Source of the DNA: an uncultured candidatus Porisulfidus sp.
GTDB taxonomy: Bacteria > Pseudomonadota > Gammaproteobacteria > Poriferisulfidales > Oxydemutatoraceae
DNA length: 64,000 nt
Direction of reading: 5' to 3'
NCBI GenBank assembly: GCA_965199685.1
Contig: OZ241323.1
Location: forward strand, 297,614 to 361,613
Under the pieces are notes generated by a model. The model was given only the letters and a program-made list of their open reading frames with translations, was not told the origin of the DNA and did no database searches. The stretch's first letter is position 1; every line of letters starts with the position of its first letter. Below are positions 41,807-50,500 of this stretch, in pieces. Made by a program: the position numbers and the translations under genes.

Positions 41807-43204
41807 TTATTTATTGTCTTCGGAGTGATTTTTTTTAATAGGTTGCATATCAAGAGAATCTGTCTTATATTCAAAGTGGCGATGCCTTAAATCGGGCATT
41901 TTTTTGTTTGCTTTGGGTGACAGTTGGACAAAACGTTCCACTTTTCCTTGTATTCCTTGCCGTCCGGAAATTGCCGTAACCGCATCGTTGTAATGTTTGC
42001 TTGCGGTATTTAATGTATTGCCCAGCTTCTGTATACGCTCGGCTAGTGAGCATACTGAGTTATGGATATCACCGGCGTTGTCGCAGATTTCTCGTACTTG
42101 TTGGTTACTTTGTTCAAGCATCCACAGGTTGGCGACGACTCGTAGTATCGGTATTAGTGTTGTATGAGAGACCAAAACGATGTTTTTGCCGTAACCGTAG
42201 CCGAATAAATCCTTACTCCATTTGAGTGCTTCTATATAAGCCGATTCTATGGGCATGAACATTAGGACATAATTAGGACTGTGTATGCCGATTAGATCGC
42301 TATAATCTTTAGTTGCTAAATCGTCTATATGTTTTTTAACGGCTTTGACATGATCATCCATTGCGATGCCTTGCGCGTTTTGATCTTTCGCTGCAACAGC
42401 CCTGTCATAAGCGAGTAGCGAGACTTTGCTATCTATGACAATGTGGTGATCGTCTGGGAGCATAACGAGATAATCTATGATTTTTTGCTTGCCGTCCTGA
42501 TCTCTGAAGGTAGCTTGCTTTCGGTAGTGGGTGTCTTTAACCAAGCCGCTCATTTCCAAAGTGCGTTCCAACTGTGCCTCACCCCAAGCACCGCGTTGGC
42601 GGGAATCGCCTTTGAGTGCCGAACTCAGATTGTCGGCATCCTCGCCTATTTTTAAGCCGACCTCCATTATTTTCTTTATTTCGGTCTCTAGGCTGGTATG
42701 GCCTTTGATTGTCTCGCTATGCACATCGTTGACACGCTTCTGAAATTGCGAGATTTGCTCTTGCAGAGGTTTAATCAAAGCCCCTATGCCCTCTTTGTTT
42801 TGTTCGTGCAGTTCTCGCTTCCGTTGGCTAAAAATCTCTTCTGATAAAACCTTAAACTCATCTTTGAGTTGCGATTTTTGCTTTTCAAACTGAGTCTCTA
42901 AACTTTTCAGGTTATCTTGCTCGGCTTTTAGCTTGGTTTGCTGTTCGCGATTATCCATTTCAAGCTGTGTATTCCGCTCGCGCAATGCACTGCAATCTTC
43001 ATCGGCTTTTAGCAACCGTTCAGATTTTTCTTTTTGGCTATTTTCCAAAACAGCGTTTTCAGCCTTTAAGGTTGCCATCTGTTCGTTGGCATCGTTCAAC
43101 TTTGTGCGTTGTTCGTTTGCTTGCGACTTGGCTTGTTTATATAAATATGCAAACACCGCCGCTGCAATGACAGCAAATAATGCAATAATAATCTCTATAT
43201 CCAT
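41807..43204 (-). CDS. rmuC: DNA recombination protein RmuC
   Basis: TM plus coiled coil, RGAWGEAQL, IDSKVSL, LMFMPIE. Confidence 0.93.
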   Translation of the reverse strand: MDIEIIIALFAVIAAAVFAYLYKQAKSQANEQRTKLNDANEQMATLKAENAVLENSQKEKSERLLKADEDCSALRERNTQLEMDNREQQTKLKAEQDNLKSLETQFEKQKSQLKDEFKVLSEEIFSQRKRELHEQNKEGIGALIKPLQEQISQFQKRVNDVHSETIKGHTSLETEIKKIMEVGLKIGEDADNLSSALKGDSRQRGAWGEAQLERTLEMSGLVKDTHYRKQATFRDQDGKQKIIDYLVMLPDDHHIVIDSKVSLLAYDRAVAAKDQNAQGIAMDDHVKAVKKHIDDLATKDYSDLIGIHSPNYVLMFMPIESAYIEALKWSKDLFGYGYGKNIVLVSHTTLIPILRVVANLWMLEQSNQQVREICDNAGDIHNSVCSLAERIQKLGNTLNTASKHYNDAVTAISGRQGIQGKVERFVQLSPKANKKMPDLRHRHFEYKTDSLDMQPIKKNHSEDNK

Positions 43205-43325
43205 CGCTATTTGATATAATAAAATTCCGTGTAAGCGGATAATTCTACATTATTAGAGTGCCAATTTTCATTTTTCTTTTTGTACATATAGTTAGGCATG
43301 AATTTACCGAATATTTTTAAGTATC

Positions 43326-44195
43326 ATGGAACAAGTTAGTTTATGGGAACGCGCCAAAGGGTGGTTGTTTCATTTCTTTCCACATCATTTCGTTTCGCGC
43401 TTGACGCTGGCGTTGAGCCGCTTAGAGGTGCCCGGTGTTCGCCATGCCATAAAACTGTTCGTGCGTGTTTTCAAAGTTGATTTGGACGAAGCCGAAATCG
43501 GCAATATAGAAGGCTATCGCAGTTTTAATGCGTTTTTCACACGCGCACTCAAACCTGATATTCGTCCGATCCATCAAGGTTCTAATATTGTCATCTCTCC
43601 GTGCGATGGCATCGTTATGCAGATCGGAAAAATCGAAGCGGAGCGTATTGTACAAGCCAAAGATCAAGAGTACAACGTTAGCGAATTATTGACCCCTAAG
43701 GCGAGCGAAGCCTTTGAAAGCAGTTTTTTCTGTACTATCTATTTAGGTCCCCGCCATTATCACCGCGTGCATACACCGCTGGCAGGAAGACTCAAGACGA
43801 TGATCCACGTACCTGGTCGCCTGTTCAGCGTAGCACCTTATGCGACTCGGGTGATACCGCGTCTCTACACCAAAAACGAAAGGGTTATTTCTATTTTTGA
43901 TACTGAGCACGGCCCCACTGCCATCGTCATGGTTGGTGCAGTCAATGTCTCGGCAATAGAAACAGTCTGGCACGGACTGGTAAGCCCAAGCTCTTTAGCC
44001 CTAAACTATCACCATTACGACGAGGACATCTCTTCACGTCCACTCGTTGATTTGGATAAAGGTGCAGAGATGGGACGGTTTAACATCGGTTCAACCGTCG
44101 TACTATTGATTAACAATGAAAACCTTAACTGGAACCCGCTGTACCAACCTGGCTCCGAGGTCAAAGTAGGTTGCGAAATAGCATCCATTATCTAG
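43326..44195 (+). CDS. psd: Phosphatidylserine decarboxylase
   Basis: FNAFFTR, SPCDG, YHRVH, FNIGSTVV cleavage motif. Confidence 0.95.
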   Translation: MEQVSLWERAKGWLFHFFPHHFVSRLTLALSRLEVPGVRHAIKLFVRVFKVDLDEAEIGNIEGYRSFNAFFTRALKPDIRPIHQGSNIVISPCDGIVMQIGKIEAERIVQAKDQEYNVSELLTPKASEAFESSFFCTIYLGPRHYHRVHTPLAGRLKTMIHVPGRLFSVAPYATRVIPRLYTKNERVISIFDTEHGPTAIVMVGAVNVSAIETVWHGLVSPSSLALNYHHYDEDISSRPLVDLDKGAEMGRFNIGSTVVLLINNENLNWNPLYQPGSEVKVGCEIASII

Positions 44196-44203
44196 GTGCG
44201 GAT

Positions 44204-44233
44204 CATTCCCTTCCTGTGGAGGGGTGGCAAGCC
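44204..44233 (+). repeat. Partial copy of the CCCCTCC..GGAGGGGTGG hairpin repeat
   Basis: Nearly identical to 47301-47330. Confidence 0.7.
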
Positions 44234-44270
44234 TATGCATTTTGTAATGTATGCGTTTAGCAATCATGTT

Positions 44271-44346
44271 GGGGTTCTGCACAAGGAGAACCGCCGATTG
44301 AACCAGTAGGTCAATCGGCGTGACGTTATGCAGAACTTTAACTTGA
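44271..44346 (+). mobile_element. MITE-like element: short terminal inverted repeats around an internal hairpin
   Basis: GTTCTGCACAA...TTATGCAGAAC ends, 10-bp stem CGCCGATTGA/TCAATCGGCG; related inverted copy at 47401-47462. Confidence 0.5.
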
Positions 44347-44403
44347 TTACTTGTCGTAAATTGCAAAATGCAATATTCGTGCCACCTGTCCTGAACAGCA
44401 ATA

Positions 44404-45276
44404 ATGGATTGGACTGATATATTAACTGTCTCTTTGGAAAAAGATTTATCTGCGTTTAGCAGATTTTTGTCTATGCAAGGCATTGCGCATCGAATCGTCG
44501 AACACGGCGGGCGACAAGTCTTGCGCTCGCATCACGACCCTGAGATAATCCGCGCATGGTTTGAGCAATGGTGTGCAGGACAATTAGAGGTTCCTTCTAT
44601 GCCTCAAGCCGACGGTGTTTCGTACCTAAAGCCTCTGCAAAATATCTTAAATTATCCAGTCGTTCTAATAACGAGTGCATTTGCGGTATCAATTTATTTA
44701 ATCATGCAGGGCAATAACACGCTGATGTCATGGTTGGTTTTTCAAGACACTAGAATCGGTGATCGCGATATTCTATACGCAGCTGCGTCGATTGACGGTA
44801 TAACCGGAGGGCAATGGTGGCGTATTCTAACGCCGATATTTTTACATTTCAGTTTGTTGCATCTGGTGTTCAACGGTCTCTGGTTGATAGAGTTCGGACG
44901 AAGGATAGAGCGACTGCAATCACATCTTAGATTACTCATCGTTATCGTTGTAACCGGCATTATCTCTAACCTGTGTCAGTATATCTTTGAGCCGTCCATC
45001 CTATTCGGCGGTTTGTCTGGTGTGGTCTACGGATTATTCGGTTATTGCTGGCTATGCGGATATTGGGAGTCGCGTAATACTAAGAGTTCAATGCAGGGTA
45101 TTGCGCCGCCGCCCGGCATCGCACCCTTTCTATTATTTTGGTTATTGCTATGTATGTCGGGGATTTTGAGCGTCGTTGATATTTATGTGGCGAATGCGGC
45201 ACACATAGGTGGGTTGCTTAGCGGTTTTTTGCTGGCACTTATCTATCGCCTACAAGCTCGAAAGTTTGCGATTTGA
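44404..45276 (+). CDS. Rhomboid family intramembrane serine protease
   Basis: WRILTPIFLH, HLVFN, GLSGVVYG, AHIGG. Confidence 0.93.
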   Translation: MDWTDILTVSLEKDLSAFSRFLSMQGIAHRIVEHGGRQVLRSHHDPEIIRAWFEQWCAGQLEVPSMPQADGVSYLKPLQNILNYPVVLITSAFAVSIYLIMQGNNTLMSWLVFQDTRIGDRDILYAAASIDGITGGQWWRILTPIFLHFSLLHLVFNGLWLIEFGRRIERLQSHLRLLIVIVVTGIISNLCQYIFEPSILFGGLSGVVYGLFGYCWLCGYWESRNTKSSMQGIAPPPGIAPFLLFWLLLCMSGILSVVDIYVANAAHIGGLLSGFLLALIYRLQARKFAI

Positions 45277-46070
45277 CGATGTCTGTTTTGCGCACCCAAT
45301 ATCAATATGTATCGGTGCTACTCGTATTGGCGGTATTGCTTTGTGGCTGTGCCACTTCAGGTTCCACCACCATAGACCTGACTTCTATGGACGCAAACAG
45401 AAAACCGCTACAACTTAAAATAAACGTCTACCATCCATTGATTGATCCGCCGTATCCGGTAGTGATAGATATGCACGGTTGTAGCGGTATCGTTGCGTCG
45501 CGCAAGCGTTTATGGATTAAACGGATGCAGTCTTGGGGTTATGCTTTGGTCAAAGCCGATAGTTTCAGTCCGCGTGGCGACGGCAACATCTGCGATGATA
45601 CACTCAAGATTTCTCCGTTTGAACGGTTGGCGGATATTGAGAGTATCCTAAGCTATATCTTGGCCTCAAACGAGTTTGACCACGACAATATCTTTTTGAT
45701 GGGTATGTCGCATGGGGGGACGACCGCTTTATTGACACATCATTACCCGCGCCCGTTATTTCGTCGGTTCGGCGGAGTGATTGCATTTTATCCGTATTGC
45801 TATAATCGTATACCTTCGTTGTTGAGCGATACCTTGATTTTGATAGGCGGGCGTGACGATTGGACTCCTGCCGATTATTGCAGACAAATGGTAATTACTG
45901 AGACCAACGACTACAACCTTGATATCGTCGTTTATCCCAACGCGTATCATAGTTTTGATGTGCCATCGGCGAACGGCACTTATTACGGTCACACCTTGCG
46001 TTACGATGAGGATGCGGCGATGGACAGTGGTCTGCGTGTTAAAGCATTTTTATTGGGGCATCGCCGCTAA
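45273..46070 (+). CDS. Dienelactone hydrolase-family alpha/beta hydrolase, probable lipoprotein
   Basis: LLCGC lipobox, HGCSG, GMSHG, DDWTP, YHSFD. Confidence 0.85.
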   Translation: MTMSVLRTQYQYVSVLLVLAVLLCGCATSGSTTIDLTSMDANRKPLQLKINVYHPLIDPPYPVVIDMHGCSGIVASRKRLWIKRMQSWGYALVKADSFSPRGDGNICDDTLKISPFERLADIESILSYILASNEFDHDNIFLMGMSHGGTTALLTHHYPRPLFRRFGGVIAFYPYCYNRIPSLLSDTLILIGGRDDWTPADYCRQMVITETNDYNLDIVVYPNAYHSFDVPSANGTYYGHTLRYDEDAAMDSGLRVKAFLLGHRR

Positions 46071-46071
46071 G

Positions 46072-47253
46072 TTAGTCGCGGCGCAAACGATCGTCTACTG
46101 CAACCGGAGTAGGGTATTTTGCGATAATCAAATAAGGCGACACCATAAACGTTATTAGCATAGTCGTTTTAATCAGGTCTATTGCAAGTTTCTCGGCAAT
46201 ACTGAGTTGCACTGCGAGTGCGATAATCAACAGTGAGAATTCGCTGCCTTGTCCCAACCTGAACCCGACCTCGCGCGCCCTTGCTTTTTCCTCACCGGCG
46301 CGACTGAGCAACCACTCAAAAACCAACGGTTTTAATATCAGTAGCACACCAGCTAATATCAAGGCAGGTAGCCATATCTTGCTGACTGACCCTGGTGCGA
46401 TGCTACTACCCAGCGTGAAGAAGAAAATAACCATAAAAAAGTCTCGCAATGGCTTTAAGGAGTCTGCCACATAGATTGCAATCGGATGAGTAGCCATTAA
46501 TACTCCAGCAATGAACGCGCCGATTTCATACGACAAGCCTAACCATGCGGTAATTTGTGCGATGCCGAAACACCAGCCTATCATCAATAAGAAAACATAT
46601 TCTTTGATTTTGTCAAAGCGCATCAACAGGCCAACGAGCAGATATTTTTGTAGCAGATAAGCAAGACCGACCATCACTGGGAGCAGCGATAGCTTAATAA
46701 AAGGTACCGATATATTGAAATCAGTGCCGCTGCTATAAAACAATCCCAAACCGAGTATGATTAGAATTGCAATCATATCCTGCAACAACAATATACTGAT
46801 AATGATTTCGCCGGTGGGTTTGTGGTGCAACACCGTCGTAGGTAATAGCTTAATTCCAATGATAGTGCTGGAGAACATCATAGCAATAGCCAAGATCATG
46901 ATAGATACTGCATCAAAACCAAGTATATAACCAATTGCGATACCGGGTAAAGAAAACACCAAACAACTTGCCAGCGTAGGAGTTACGATTGCCCGCACGA
47001 CTTTTATCAATTTAATAGGAGACAGATCCAAGCCCAGCAAAAAAAGCAACAAAACAATGCCTATATCTGATGCGATGTGCATCGCTTCCTCGCCGCCGTC
47101 CACTACATTAAATACTGCAGGTCCGAGCAATAATCCAAGAATGATATAAGCAACCAACATCGCCTGCCTTGCATATAAGGCAAAAGTTGCCATCATCGCC
47201 GCACCGGTGAATATCAAAAAAGGAATAATAAGTGTAAAGGCATGATGTTCCAT
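46072..47253 (-). CDS. CPA2-family cation:proton antiporter
   Basis: Multiple TMs, FSST, LLLQD, GAFIAG, LRDFF, GQGSEFSL. Confidence 0.9.
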   Translation of the reverse strand: MEHHAFTLIIPFLIFTGAAMMATFALYARQAMLVAYIILGLLLGPAVFNVVDGGEEAMHIASDIGIVLLLFLLGLDLSPIKLIKVVRAIVTPTLASCLVFSLPGIAIGYILGFDAVSIMILAIAMMFSSTIIGIKLLPTTVLHHKPTGEIIISILLLQDMIAILIILGLGLFYSSGTDFNISVPFIKLSLLPVMVGLAYLLQKYLLVGLLMRFDKIKEYVFLLMIGWCFGIAQITAWLGLSYEIGAFIAGVLMATHPIAIYVADSLKPLRDFFMVIFFFTLGSSIAPGSVSKIWLPALILAGVLLILKPLVFEWLLSRAGEEKARAREVGFRLGQGSEFSLLIIALAVQLSIAEKLAIDLIKTTMLITFMVSPYLIIAKYPTPVAVDDRLRRD

Positions 47254-47300
47254 GTATTGTTATTATACAATGCGTCGGCAAATCACTTTCTGGAGCGAAC

Positions 47301-47477
47301 CATTCCCCTCCTTTGGAGGGGTGGCAGGCCTTAGCCTGACGGGGTGGTTTTTTGCGTACCCACCATTTAGGACAAGCCTTAGCTTGTCCGACCTACATAC
47401 TCACGTTAAGGTTCTGAACAATGTTACGCCGTTTGTTGCAATGGCAACAAACGGCGGTTCTATCTGACGGGGTGGTT
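47301..47477. repeat. Composite cluster of palindromic repeats
   Basis: CCCCTCC/GGAGGGG element, GTAG-REP at 47370-47396 (minus), MITE-like copy at 47401-47462, 14-bp direct repeat at 47336 and 47464. Confidence 0.75.
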
Positions 47478-47509
47478 GCGATATAGGGCTGTTGTTAGTT
47501 TACCCCCAT

Positions 47510-47538
47510 TTGTCCAATATATCATCGCCTCGTACAAT
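47510..47538 (+). promoter_or_regulatory. Putative sigma70 promoter of the giant ORF
   Basis: TTGTCC-N17-TACAAT; a second extended -10 TGTTAGAAT lies at 47562-47570. Confidence 0.45.
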
Positions 47539-47591
47539 GAAATACTTCTTCAACAACCTTATGTTAGAATACTTGTAAACTACTCCTTACT

Positions 47592-50500
47592 ATGAAGAAA
47601 GTTCATGTATTTCTTTGGCTCATCACTGCTTCGCTTGTACTACTAGCCGGTCAAGTATTTGCCCAGCAAAATGATTTAACACGCGCACGGATCATCGCAG
47701 ATCAGCCGCGAATAATCGAAGGTGATATGGCGAGGTTTACGGTATTTTTGGAAGGCTTCGCATCTACTGAGTATACTACTCCTAGACCTTTACCAACGAC
47801 GCGCAGCGTCGTAAAAATTAGGGTCTCCGATATGCCGGGTGGCGATTTCATACCGCCGATTTATGAAGCGATGGAACACACAGTTACGTTCAATAATGTT
47901 TCTAGCACAAGAACCTCGTTGAGTCTGCCGTTCACGGTTCCCACCATTGATAACAATCAACTTGACACCGCGCTTGGTATCCGCGTGGCAATTATCCCTT
48001 CGCTCGACGCTTACACCTTGAGTATTATGCACGATGTTGTGCTGGCGGTTAGCAACGACGATCCTAGAGTATCGATTGACGCTCCCACTGAGGTCATCAA
48101 AGGTCAACCTATAGAATACGCAATAGAGATTAACGGAGTAGTAGGTCGCAACACATCAGTCACTTTGGAGATTGCCGAAAGCACTGAGATAGAAGGTAAA
48201 GATTTTATAGACTTGCGGCAAGAAGGTTTCAAGACGGTCGTCATTTCTGCCGGCAGCACCCGAATCACGCAAACAATCCCTACCAATCGGGTTGACTTCG
48301 GTGACACTTCAGTGTTCGGCAGAGTTGATTTGAGCATCGCTTCGGCAATGGGAGGGCAAATCTATTATTTAGGCACTCCGACTACCGCGTCGGTTGCCAT
48401 CGTAGAACCCAATTGCGATTACACTTTTGATGTTGATGAAGACGACGACGGCTTGATAGAAATTTGCTATTTGGAGGACTTGGACGATATCCGACATTCC
48501 TTGGACGGTCGCGGACAAAGGACGGGTCGTGTAGCACCGCTACTCACTGGAGGTTGTGACGAAGACGGTGACGATGGTGGCGTTTGCAGAGGTTACGAGC
48601 TAAAAAGAAGTTTAAACTTCAACGATCCGAACAGCTATCGTTCAGGGATTATAAATCGGGAATGGACTGAAGGTTTGGGTTGGCAACCGATCGGCACAAG
48701 TTCGGATGCTTTTTCCGGCTATTTTGAAGGCAACAATTTGACGATTTCCAACTTGTATATCAACCGTCCCTTAAATAATGTTGCTTTGTTCAGAAACACT
48801 GCGATGTCGGCAAAGATCAACGCTATGGAATTAGCGCAAGTCAGCGTTACAGGCAAATCACAGGTTGGTAGTTTGGTTGCGGTCAACGAAGGTATAGTCG
48901 GTAATATCAATGTCGCGCGTGGGCGCGTGGTTGGCACTGTCGGCGTTGTCGGTGGCTTGGTCGGTGTCAACAGAGGTGCTGTGGTCAACAACACGATACA
49001 GTTGGATGTAGTCAACGGAGGTATTGTCGAAAGACGTTGTCGCAATGATCTGCGATCGATTAGATGTGCGGAGGCGGATAAAATTGAGGCGGTTGTGCAA
49101 GACGGCAATATCGTCGGTGGTTTGATCGGCGATAATGACGGCGATGTAGCCGATAATTTTACTTTTTCCGACACGCTAGGCGCGAGTCAAGTCGGTGGTC
49201 TGGTCGGGTTTAATTCTGGTCGTATACTTGGAGGTAACGAAACCAGAGGTAACCTACGTGGCGATGTTTATGCCGGTGGTTTGGTGGGTTACACTACGGG
49301 TTCTATCCTCGGTAGCCGAGCCGATGTTGATGTGATAGTTTCCAGCGACTATGCTGGAGGTCTAGTCGGTTATGCATGTCTACGCAACACCGGTAGCCGT
49401 AGATGTCCGTTGCCCGAAGTAGCGATAGACCTTGGTATGCAAATCCGCATTGCTGATAGTTCGGCAAGTGGTAATGTTATCGGTGGTGACTATGTGGGTG
49501 GTTTGGTCGGTTACAGCCGTATGGTAATTGCAAATAGTAGTGCAAGTGGTGATGTTTCAGGTGTCAGTTATATAGGTGGTTTGGTTGGTTATAGTACCGC
49601 TGTGGTCACCGACGGTATGGTGGACGGTGCGGTGATTTCCGGCACTAATCGCGTTGGTGGTTTGGTGGGCTTTTATACAGGCAGTGGTATTAACAACGGC
49701 GTAACGACTAATATCATGGTCGGTGGTGACCGAAGCATAGGTGGTTTGGTTGGTTTATTGGGTGACACGGTTGCCGGTGTAATCGTCAGTAGTTCTGCGA
49801 GTGGTCGTGTCAGTGGCAATGCGAATGTAGGCGGTTTGGTCGGTCATAGTATCGGATCTCGGGTCACCGGCAGCACCGCAACCGTTTCAGTTGCGGCGAC
49901 GGGTAGCAACGCCGAGCATGTCGGTGGTTTGGTTGGTATTATAGAAAACAGCGAAATCACTGCTAGCCATTCAGGGAGTAGTGTGATTGGTGAGGCTACG
50001 AAAGCGGGCGGTCTAGTCGGGTTTAGCGACAGTAGCATGCTCAGCAACAATAGTGCGAGTGGCAATGTAGCAGGTGCTTACGAGGTTGGTGGCTTGGTCG
50101 GCAGTGCCGAAGACACTGAGCTTAACGACAGTGATGTGAGTGGCAATGTGCGCGGCACTGCATATAACGTCGGTGGTTTGGTCGGCAGTGCCGAAGGTAA
50201 CACCGTGATTGAACGCAATAGTGCGAGTGGTAATGTAATCGGTACTTACAATATTGGAGGTTTAGTCGGCAGTGCCGAGGACACAGAGCTTAACGACAGT
50301 GATGCGAGTGGCAATGTGCGCGGCACTGCATATAACGTCGGTGGTTTGGTCGGTTATCTCTATCAAAGCAATCTTTCGCTCTGCTATGCAACGGGTTCGG
50401 TGATAGGAGACAACAGCACCGACCCCGACATAGATAACAACGTGGACGGTGTCGGTGGTTTGGTTGGCAGAGCCGACAACTCAATGATCCGCAAAAGCTA

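Noticed and set aside
43255-43264. CIRCE element (GAGTGCCAA)
   Set aside because: Only one half-site; the left arm is absent.
44271-44346. Integron attC site (GTTATGC end)
   Set aside because: No proper RYYYAAC partner, the second copy lacks the GTT, there is no integrase, and neighbours are core genes.
49257-49265. RGD integrin-binding motif in the giant protein
   Set aside because: A single tripeptide inside a regular repeat turn is expected by chance in more than 5000 aa.
50048-50353. Duplicated segment as a DGR template/variable repeat pair
   Set aside because: Differences are not confined to adenines, both copies are in-frame and adjacent, and no reverse transcriptase is in the window.
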